From: an uncultured delta proteobacterium
GTDB lineage: Bacteria > Myxococcota > Myxococcia > Myxococcales > Myxococcaceae
Reading direction: 5' to 3'
Length of the DNA stretch: 64,000 nt
NCBI GenBank assembly: GCA_963796055.1
Contig: CAWCKH010000004.1
Location: 1,504,001 to 1,568,000, forward strand
The stretch's first letter is position 1. Each line of letters opens with the position of its first letter. This document shows positions 39,169-48,476 of the stretch, piece by piece. The position numbers and the translations under genes are program-made. The notes under the pieces were generated by a model. It ran no database searches. It was not told the DNA's origin and saw only the letters and a program-made list of their open reading frames with translations.

Positions 39169-39819
39169 GTGGAAATGCTCCTTCCGGGAACACACCGGTT
39201 CAAGCTGGCGGGCGGCCATCCGGTGCTCGACTTCCTCAACAGCCTGGGCGGGCATCGGCTCACCGCGCCGCGAGAGCATCTGACGACGCCCGAGGACCTG
39301 GTCTCCTGGGGCCTGCAATCCGGCTGGCTGGACCAGGAGCACGCGCACCCGATGCTGGTGGAGATCCAGCTTCGGCCTGCCGAGGCCCGCGCCGCGCTGG
39401 TGCGGGTCCGTGCCTTCCGTGAGGCTCTTTTCCGAGTCTTCCTCGCCGCTTCCGAGAACACTCTGCCCGCCCCCGAGCCGCTCGAGGCCTTCGAGCGCGA
39501 GGTGCGCCGCGCCTGGGCCGAGCGACGGCTGATCCGCGGCCCGGACGGGGAATACCGCTGGGTGTCACCCGAGTCGGCGCGCCTCGATGCCTTCATCCCC
39601 GGGCTGGCGCTGGCCGCCTCGGACCTCCTCACCGGGCCTGCGCGCGCGCGCATCCGGTTGTGCGAGGCCACGGCCCTGGACGGGTGCGGCTGGCTGTTCC
39701 TGGACACCAGCAGGAACGGAACTCGCCGCTGGTGCGAGATGGCCACCTGCGGCAACAAGTACAAGGCGCGCCGCCACTACGCGCGAGTTCGGGCAGGCCG
39801 GAGCACCGGCCGCGAGTAG
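39169..39819 (+). CDS. ABATE domain / CGNR zinc-finger putative transcriptional regulator
   Basis: GGHPVLDFLNS...EHLTTPEDL; C-terminal C..CGWLFLDTSRNGTRRWCEMATCGNK. Confidence 0.92.
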   Translation: MEMLLPGTHRFKLAGGHPVLDFLNSLGGHRLTAPREHLTTPEDLVSWGLQSGWLDQEHAHPMLVEIQLRPAEARAALVRVRAFREALFRVFLAASENTLPAPEPLEAFEREVRRAWAERRLIRGPDGEYRWVSPESARLDAFIPGLALAASDLLTGPARARIRLCEATALDGCGWLFLDTSRNGTRRWCEMATCGNKYKARRHYARVRAGRSTGRE

Positions 39820-41253
<1,434 letters not shown>

Positions 41254-41413
41254 GGTAGGCGCTCGACCGCATCAGGTCGATTCGGTCAGCGAGAGGACCG
41301 GAGCCTGGCCAGCTCGGGCAGCCGGGCGCTGTGTCTGTCTGTCCGTCTCGCTCTTGTCGGGACAGCCGGTGCACGAAGACTCTCGTCTCCGGGGCTTTGC
41401 GTTCCTCGGGCCC

Positions 41414-41429
41414 CGGCACGTGCGCTGCA
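41414..41429 (+). promoter_or_regulatory. Putative sigma54 -24/-12 promoter of the haloperoxidase-like gene
   Basis: CGGCACGTGCGCTGCA (GG-N10-GC); TGTC/GACA repeats at 41332-41364 as a possible enhancer. Confidence 0.65.
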
Positions 41430-41526
41430 TGGGTGACCGTTTGGCCACCAGGCAGCTCCGGTTCTGGAGCGGAGGTGCTGCGAGGTTCAGCGCCGCCCGG
41501 GTGTCCCGAAAGGGAGCATCACCACC

Positions 41527-42870
41527 ATGACGAGGTCGAGCGAGCAGCGGAAGGCGTCGAAGCCGAGGGTTCCGTGGTCGGGGTTCCTCGTGGCGGCAGT
41601 GGTCCTCCAGGCATGCGGGGCCGAGCTCAGCACCGACAGTGCCCAGAACGCGCTGAGCGGACCGTCTCCCGTGGTCCGGGACTGGAACCTCATCACGCTC
41701 GAGGTGGTGACCCCTCCGACGAGGTCCCGGTCATGGACGCTGGTGCACGTCGCGATGTTCGACGCGGTCAACTCGATCGAGCGGCGCTACCAGCCCTATG
41801 CGGTGACGGTGCCCGCCGCGCACGGCGCCTCATCGGAAGCGGCGGCGATCCAGGCGGCGTACCGGGTGCTCGCTCGGCGCTACCCGGGAGCATTGGCGGT
41901 GCTCGATGGTCACCTCGCCACTTCCCTCGCCGCGATCCCCGATGGGCCCCGGAAGAGCGCAGGTACGGCGGTGGGGGATCTGGTCGGCAACGCGATCTAC
42001 GACCTGCGGATCAACGACAAGATCAACGACCCAGGACCTGCCTACGTGCCCGGGAGCGGGCCCGCCGCCTACCAGCTCACTCCGCCCAACTTCGCGCAGC
42101 CAGTGAACACGGGCGTCGCCGCCTGGGTACCGTTCGCCCTGGCGCAGGTGTCGCAATTCCGCCCCGGGGGCCCCTACTCGATCGCGAGTCACCAGTTCGC
42201 CCGTGACTACGACGAGACCAGGACCTATGGCGTGGCATGTCCGGACCCTTCGAGCTGCTCCCGTACTCCCGCGCAGAGCCAGACCGCGCTCTGGCACACG
42301 GAACAGGCGGACATCCAGTTCAACCGCATCGCGCGCGGTCTGACCCCCACGCGGGGACTCGGTCTGCTGGAGGAGACCCGGCTCTTCGCGCTCCTCAACC
42401 TCGCGCTGATCGACTCGTCGGCCGCGGTCTTCGATGCCAAGTACACCTACAACTTCGTCCGCCCGGTGACCGCGATCCGCAATGGCGACGCCGACGGGAA
42501 CCCTCGGACCGCAGGCGACCCTGCCTGGTCGACGTTCATCATCACCCCGCCGCACCCGGAGTACCCGGCGGCGCACGGCGCCGTCCAGGGTGCCGCGGGG
42601 GTGGTGATGAACAAGCTGCTCGGGAAGCACCAGGGCTTCGATGACACCATGCCTGCTGTCCCGGGCGTGACGCGCCACTTCGACTCGTTCGACGACTTCA
42701 CGGCCGACGGCTTCGTCGCCCGGATCTACGGCGGGATGCACTACCGTACCTCGCTCGAGGTGGGGAGGAAGCTCGGGCGCGAGGTCGGCAGGTACATCGT
42801 CCAGACTCAGCTCCAGCCGGTCCGCGGCCACCACGACCACGACGACGACGACGACGGCGACGAGGAGTAA
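41527..42870 (+). CDS. Vanadium haloperoxidase/PAP2 superfamily lipoprotein
   Basis: Lipobox LQAC; KYTYNFVRP, TPPHPEYPAAHG, RIYGGMHY; HVAMFDAVNSI. Confidence 0.88.
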   Translation: MTRSSEQRKASKPRVPWSGFLVAAVVLQACGAELSTDSAQNALSGPSPVVRDWNLITLEVVTPPTRSRSWTLVHVAMFDAVNSIERRYQPYAVTVPAAHGASSEAAAIQAAYRVLARRYPGALAVLDGHLATSLAAIPDGPRKSAGTAVGDLVGNAIYDLRINDKINDPGPAYVPGSGPAAYQLTPPNFAQPVNTGVAAWVPFALAQVSQFRPGGPYSIASHQFARDYDETRTYGVACPDPSSCSRTPAQSQTALWHTEQADIQFNRIARGLTPTRGLGLLEETRLFALLNLALIDSSAAVFDAKYTYNFVRPVTAIRNGDADGNPRTAGDPAWSTFIITPPHPEYPAAHGAVQGAAGVVMNKLLGKHQGFDDTMPAVPGVTRHFDSFDDFTADGFVARIYGGMHYRTSLEVGRKLGREVGRYIVQTQLQPVRGHHDHDDDDDGDEE

Positions 42871-42893
42871 CGGGGCGCAGTACAGTCCGCGGC

Positions 42894-44243
42894 GTGCCCG
42901 CTCCTCCAGGGGACCGCACGCTGTCCCGCGGCAGCAGTCGCCGGTCGTCCGCCCGCGCGGCGCAAGCCGTGTGGGCGTTGATCGTTCTCCACTCTCCTCG
43001 CCGCGAATGGCTGGGTCGCTCGGTCGCACTCGGACGACAGCTTCGGCTGGGCCGCGTGGGGGGCGAGGTGGATCTCCAGATCGACGATCCCAAGCTGTCG
43101 CGGGTGCATGCGTCGGTGTCCCGCGCCGGCCTGGTGTTCGAGATCCGTGATCTGGGCAGCCGGAACGGGACCTTCATCAACGGAGAGCGGGTGGAGAGGC
43201 GCAGCTTGACCGTCGGTGACGTGGTTCGGGTCGGTGACACGCTCCTGGAGGTCGGCACCGAGGAGCCAGAACGGGCCGTGGAGTCAGAGGACGAGTCGCT
43301 GGTCGCCCGCTCCTCCGCGCTTCTCGCCGCGGTGGAGGCCGCCGACCGCGTCGCCCCCTCCGACCTGCCGGTCCTGCTTCTGGGAGAGACCGGGACCGGG
43401 AAGGAGGTGTTCGCACGGCGCGTCCATGCGCGCAGCGGCCGCCGTGGCGTGTTCCTGGCGATCAACTGTGCGTCGCTCCCGCGGGAACTCGTCGAATCGA
43501 CCCTGTTCGGTCACCGGAAGGGCGCATTCACCGGCGCCACTGCGGATTCGGACGGCTTCTTCGCCCAGGCCCACGACGGGACGCTGTTCCTGGACGAGGT
43601 CGGCGAGCTCCCCGCGCACCAGCAGGCCAAGCTCCTGCGGGTTCTGGAGAACCACGAGTACCTGCCGGTGGGCAGCGCCCGGGTGGTCCAGAGCAACGCG
43701 CGCATCATCGCAGCCAGCAACGCCGACCTCGATGCCGAGATCGCTTCGGGTGGGTTCCGTGCGGATCTCTATGCCCGGCTTGCCGGATCCGTCATCCGGC
43801 TGCCGCCTCTGCGGTTGCGGCGGCGGGACATCCTCGCGCTGGCGGAGTTGTTCCTGTCCGAGCTCGCGCCAGGTGAGGACTTTCGGCTGTCGGCCAGCGC
43901 CGCGGAGAGACTCTTGCTTTACCGCTGGCCGCACAACGTCCGCGAGCTGCGCGGGGCGATGCAACGGCTGGCACTCCTGCAACCCGCAGGCGGGGACGTC
44001 TCGAGCCGAGCGATCGAGAGCGTCCTCGACTCTCACCCCCGTGCTGGTGGCGCGTCGGTGAGTCCCGACCAGCCGTCGATGCGCAGAGCCCGAGGCTGGA
44101 TGCCCGGACGTGAAGAGATCATCGCCCGTCTCGTCGCGCTCCACGGCAACGTCAACCGGCTGGCCGAGCAGTACGGAAAGGACCCCAAGCAGATCTACCG
44201 CTGGCTGAAGCGACACGACCTGGATCCCGCCAGCTTCCGCTGA
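42894..44243 (+). CDS. FHA-domain sigma54-dependent enhancer-binding protein (start uncertain)
   Basis: FHA GR...SRVHA...DLGSRNGT; GETGTGKE, GAFTGA, LFLDEVGE, WPHNVREL; C-terminal HTH. Confidence 0.93.
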   Translation: MPAPPGDRTLSRGSSRRSSARAAQAVWALIVLHSPRREWLGRSVALGRQLRLGRVGGEVDLQIDDPKLSRVHASVSRAGLVFEIRDLGSRNGTFINGERVERRSLTVGDVVRVGDTLLEVGTEEPERAVESEDESLVARSSALLAAVEAADRVAPSDLPVLLLGETGTGKEVFARRVHARSGRRGVFLAINCASLPRELVESTLFGHRKGAFTGATADSDGFFAQAHDGTLFLDEVGELPAHQQAKLLRVLENHEYLPVGSARVVQSNARIIAASNADLDAEIASGGFRADLYARLAGSVIRLPPLRLRRRDILALAELFLSELAPGEDFRLSASAAERLLLYRWPHNVRELRGAMQRLALLQPAGGDVSSRAIESVLDSHPRAGGASVSPDQPSMRRARGWMPGREEIIARLVALHGNVNRLAEQYGKDPKQIYRWLKRHDLDPASFR

Positions 44244-44258
44244 CGCTGGAACCGGGGC

Positions 44259-46829
44259 ATGGCGTATGCTCCGCGAATGGGGGAGGTCGCCACCGGCAGC
44301 CGGGTCGGCCCGTACGAGGTCCTCGGCCCGCTCGGCAGTGGGGGCATGGGGGAGGTCTACCGGGCGCGGGACACGCGCCTCGGGCGCGAGGTGGCGCTCA
44401 AGGTCCTGCCCCGCGAGGTCCAGGAGGACGCCGCCTGCCTGCATCGGTTCCGGGACGAGGCCAGGACCGTCGGAACCCTGAATCACCCCAACATCGTGAC
44501 TCTCTACGAGGTTGGAGAGCACGCGGGCGCGCCGTACCTCGTCACCGAGCTGCTCGCGGGCCAGACCCTGCAGGCCCGGCTCGGACGAGGCGCGCTGCTG
44601 CCCGCGGACGCCGTGCGCATTGCCCGGGAGGTCGCCCTGGGGCTCGCGGCGGCGCACGGCAAGGGAATCGTCCATCGCGACCTCAAGCCAGGGAATCTGT
44701 TCCTCACCGAGGACGGGCGAGTGAAGCTTCTGGACTTCGGCATCGCCCAGCAGCTCGGTCCACGTCCCCCGGGCGCCGTGGATTCGACGGTGACCGCCTC
44801 CGGGACGGTCGTCGGGACCGTGGCCTACATGGCACCCGAGCAGATCCGGGGCGAGCGCGTCGACAGCCGCGCGGACATCTTCGGGCTCGGTCTGATCCTG
44901 TACGAGATGCTGGCGGGACATCGACCGTTCAGGGGCAGCGGTGAACTGGAGCTCGCCGCCGCCATCCTCCGCGACGAGCCGCCGGCGTTGCCCGACCCGG
45001 TTCTCGATGGGCTGGTACGCCGGTGCCTGGCGAAGGCGCCTGGGGACCGCTTTCAGTCGGCGCAGGACCTGGCCTACGCGCTGGAAACGCTCTCCGCGCG
45101 CTCGGTGGCTGGCCGGCCCCGGCGTCGCCGCCGACTCTTCGCGGCGACCGCTGCGGCCATTGCCCTCGGCGCGGCCGGGCTGGTTGCCGGTCTGCTGCTC
45201 GGACGTGAAGCGCTTCCCGCCGACCGCCAGGTGCCGCGCTTCACACGGCTGACGTTCACCGGGGACGTCGGCGCGGGGAGGTTCGCTCACGACCAGCAGA
45301 CGTTCCTCTTCACTCGCCGTCGCGGGGGAGCCCCCTCCATCGAGCTCGGCCGGATCGGAACGGATGATACCCGGCCCCTCATCGATTCAGCGGTCTTCCT
45401 GGATGTCTCTCCGACCGACGAGCTGCTCATCAAGAAGCGACCCGACTATCCTCACTCCCCGCTCGGTGCTCCTGGCACACTCTCCCGGGTGCCCCTCGCT
45501 GGCGGAAGCCCACGCGAGATCGCCAACGACGTGACCTGGGCCTCCTGGACGCCGGACGGCAAGGAGGTCGCGGCCATCCGGAGCCCCCCGGGGAGTGTCG
45601 TTCTCGAGTACCCGCTGGGGACCGCCCTCTACAGCTCGCTCTACCTCGCGCAGACCCTGCTCTCGATCGCGCCGGGCGGCGATCGAATCGCTCTCGTCGA
45701 GCGCGAGTCCCTGGATCACAGCCGCGCCAGCCTCGCCGTCCTGGACCTCCGCGGCACGAAGAGAACGCTCACCCATGTGTTCGACGCGATGGGTGGGGTG
45801 GGTTGGGCACCGGATGGTGAGCGCATCTACTTCAGCGCGGCGGAGAAAGGATCGAGGCTCGGCATCTGGGAGGTCACCCTCACGGGCCGTGAGAGCCCGC
45901 TGGTGGTGACCTTCGACGGGATGATGCTGAACGACGTCGCCCGCGACGGTCGCCTCCTAGTCAATCGACTCACCAGCACGCAACGCATCGCCGTGCACCG
46001 GCGAACGGAGGATCTCAATCGCGACCTGAGTGGCCTGGCCCGGGCAAGCCTGACCGACATCTCCGAGGACGGTGAGTGGGTCGCCATCGAGAACAGCAAT
46101 CCAAGCCCCGGACCCGAGTACAAGATCTACCTCAGGCGCACCGATGGAACGGCCCCGGTTCTCCTCGGGGAAGGGACCTGTCCTCGACTGTCGCCGGACG
46201 GAAAACACGTCGTGGCCGGGTCCATCGTGTCCCCGGAGCGGATCCGGATCATTCCCACCGGCGCAGGGAGAACCCGGGAGCTGGCGGTCCATGGTCTCAA
46301 GGAGCGGCGGGAACCCATGTGGATGCCGGACGGACGAAGCATCGTCTATTCGGGGCTCGACGCTCGCGGTATCCGCCGCCTGCACGTCCAGGACCTCGAG
46401 GGTGGACCACCACGGGCCTTCGGCCCGGAGGGAACCACGCTGGAGCGATATCCTGGAAGCGTCGTCTCGCCCGACGGGCGGTGGATCGCAGCCCGAGACA
46501 GCAATGAGGCCTGGATTCTCGTGGCGATCGACAGCGGTCAGGCCCGTCCCATCCCGAACGTGCGAGACAGCGACACCATCCGGCAATGGACGGCCGATGG
46601 ACGTGCCCTCTACGTCCTCGCGGGGCGCGTCGACCCGACACCGATCGACAAGCTGAACCTGGCGACCGGCGAAAGGACTCGGCTGGTCGAGCTCCGGGGT
46701 CACGCCCTCGGCTTGAATCGAGGGATCGACAACGTCTTTCTGACCCGGGGTGGAACTTCCTGGGCGTACTCCGCCACCGAGCTGAGGGCGGATCTCTACG
46801 TGGTGGAGCTGTCGCCACCTCGGCCTTGA
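44259..46829 (+). CDS. Membrane Ser/Thr protein kinase with a TolB/PD40-like beta-propeller sensor
   Basis: LGSGGMGEVY, VALKVL, HRDLKPGN, DFG, YMAPE; one TM; repeated WTPDG/SPDG blades. Confidence 0.95.
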   Translation: MAYAPRMGEVATGSRVGPYEVLGPLGSGGMGEVYRARDTRLGREVALKVLPREVQEDAACLHRFRDEARTVGTLNHPNIVTLYEVGEHAGAPYLVTELLAGQTLQARLGRGALLPADAVRIAREVALGLAAAHGKGIVHRDLKPGNLFLTEDGRVKLLDFGIAQQLGPRPPGAVDSTVTASGTVVGTVAYMAPEQIRGERVDSRADIFGLGLILYEMLAGHRPFRGSGELELAAAILRDEPPALPDPVLDGLVRRCLAKAPGDRFQSAQDLAYALETLSARSVAGRPRRRRRLFAATAAAIALGAAGLVAGLLLGREALPADRQVPRFTRLTFTGDVGAGRFAHDQQTFLFTRRRGGAPSIELGRIGTDDTRPLIDSAVFLDVSPTDELLIKKRPDYPHSPLGAPGTLSRVPLAGGSPREIANDVTWASWTPDGKEVAAIRSPPGSVVLEYPLGTALYSSLYLAQTLLSIAPGGDRIALVERESLDHSRASLAVLDLRGTKRTLTHVFDAMGGVGWAPDGERIYFSAAEKGSRLGIWEVTLTGRESPLVVTFDGMMLNDVARDGRLLVNRLTSTQRIAVHRRTEDLNRDLSGLARASLTDISEDGEWVAIENSNPSPGPEYKIYLRRTDGTAPVLLGEGTCPRLSPDGKHVVAGSIVSPERIRIIPTGAGRTRELAVHGLKERREPMWMPDGRSIVYSGLDARGIRRLHVQDLEGGPPRAFGPEGTTLERYPGSVVSPDGRWIAARDSNEAWILVAIDSGQARPIPNVRDSDTIRQWTADGRALYVLAGRVDPTPIDKLNLATGERTRLVELRGHALGLNRGIDNVFLTRGGTSWAYSATELRADLYVVELSPPRP

Positions 46830-46843
46830 CCGGGGTCGGGGCG

Positions 46844-47366
46844 TCACCTCCCGGGAGCCTTTCCCACCTGGCGGAAGGCCTCCCGGACCAGTGTGCCCCA
46901 GAAGCCGGGGATCTCCTTCGCCCCGTCCTCGATGCGCTTGGCGTGCGCGACGTCGCGCTCGAAGGCGGCGGCGAGTTCGGCGGCGGCCTGCACGTCCTCT
47001 ACCGCCAGCGAGCCCTCCTCGAGCAGGTTCAGCGGGAGCGGGTCGAGGTTCATCGAGCCCAGATGGTCAGCCGGTCGTCCACGAGCGTGGTCTTGGAATG
47101 CATCATCGAGGGCTGGTACTCCCAGATCTTGACCCCCACGGCGAGCAGGCGTCGGTAGAGCGAGCGCTGCCCGTCGCGCATCGCTGGCTGGTCGTGCACC
47201 GGCCCCTGCAGCAGCAGCGGGACGTCCACGCCCCCGCGGGCACGTGACTCGAGCTGGGCGAGGATGTCGCCGCTGGGGGTGAAGTAGGCGTTGGAGAGGC
47301 CTTCCCCGGTCGCCAGATGTAGAGCACCACGTCGACGCTGGTCCGGGCACGGCGCGCGCGCGCATC
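46844..47366 (-). pseudogene. Cardiolipin synthase/PLD family relic with an internal deletion and a frameshift
   Basis: RARTSVDVVLYIWRPG / LSNAYFTP...KIWEYQPSMMHSKTTLVDD (HKD) / GSMNLDPL in three different reading segments. Confidence 0.85.
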
Positions 47367-47378
47367 GGGTCGGTCTGG

Positions 47379-47885
47379 TCAGCGCAGGGAGAGGAGCTTG
47401 GCCAGCTCCGCCAGCTGTCCGAGCAAGGCGCGCAGCGCCTCCGGGTTCGTCAGCAGTCCAGGCGTCTCGACGCGCGCGGTGTGTCCGGAGACGTGCACTC
47501 CGCCCTGAAGCAGCCCCGGGAGCAGCTCACGTCTGCGGTGCGCGTCCAGCCACCGATCGAGCACGTCGGACTGGCGCGCGGCGGCCTGGAGGCCGCCCTG
47601 ACGCGCAAGCCCCAGCTGGAGGTCCTCGGGAACGACGCCCTCATACCGGGCGGACAGCTGCGTCCTCGGGGGGCCAAGCCCGAGAAGCATCCGGCGCGCG
47701 GTGATCTCCAACCGCAGCAGACGGTATTTCCCACGGATGCTTCCGCTGCCGGCGTCGAAGCCGAGCATGAAATCCCTGGCGAGCACGTCCCAGGCGAGCG
47801 CCCGACGGGCGTCGTCGCGCCGCGCACGCAGCACGAGAAGGGCCGCTGTGATCACCAGGACCCCGAGGACGAGCCACCAGCGCAC
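47379..47885 (-). CDS. Hypothetical membrane-anchored protein
   Basis: N-terminal TM helix WWLVLGVLVITAALLVL; 168-aa open frame. Confidence 0.6.
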   Translation of the reverse strand: MRWWLVLGVLVITAALLVLRARRDDARRALAWDVLARDFMLGFDAGSGSIRGKYRLLRLEITARRMLLGLGPPRTQLSARYEGVVPEDLQLGLARQGGLQAAARQSDVLDRWLDAHRRRELLPGLLQGGVHVSGHTARVETPGLLTNPEALRALLGQLAELAKLLSLR

Positions 47886-47921
47886 GCCCGGGCTCCACCA
47901 TTCCTCCCGCCGTTCTCTGCC

Positions 47922-48098
47922 TCAGACCTGCTTGATCAGCTTCTGCAGCATCTCCGGGGGCGGAGGGTTCTTCACCATCTCCGGATGGGACGCGGCCATG
48001 TGAAGCTTGACGTGGTCGAGCAGCTCCTTCTGCGTCTCGGTCACGAACTTCCCCGGGCACTTGGCCCCACTGTCGGCGCAGGAAAGTGAATAGGCCAT
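47922..48098 (-). CDS. Small metal-binding protein, DUF1059-like (58 aa, absent from the ORF track)
   Basis: MAYSLSCADSGAKCPGKFVTETQKELLDHVKLHMAASHPEMVKNPPPPEMLQKLIKQV; RBS AGAGGAG; C-x6-C...H-x3-H-x4-H pattern. Confidence 0.85.
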   Translation of the reverse strand: MAYSLSCADSGAKCPGKFVTETQKELLDHVKLHMAASHPEMVKNPPPPEMLQKLIKQV

Positions 48099-48476
48099 GG
48101 CATCTCCTCTTCCGCGGTTGGACCCGCACCGGCGGCGTATACGCCTCTCAGCAGGCGACCAGAAGCCCGGCGGCGGCGGGAGTCACCCAGACCCGCGGCG
48201 TCGCGGCGCGGAAGACGTCCGCCACCTTCGTAACGGGGCCCGTCGGTGATGGGTGCTGGCTCGGAACGTCGCACCGATGTTCGTGCAACATGCAATCCAC
48301 TCGGTCGCCCCGGTGTGCAGCCTGCATGCGGCGCGGAGGCAAGTACCTGACGGGACTGGCAGAACCGCTGGTACGTCCGATGCTCTCCCAGCTGCCGCGG
48401 GCGGAAGGGCCGGAAGCGCCCTCGCATCGCGCGTCGTCCGTTGCCTTCGCGGGGGACCATGGCGCAGGCCGTGCTC

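Noticed and set aside
41254..41330. SAH riboswitch (GCCAGGCTC on the minus strand near ahcY)
   Set aside because: Downstream of ahcY and antisense; the GAGGAGCG and pseudoknot partner elements are missing
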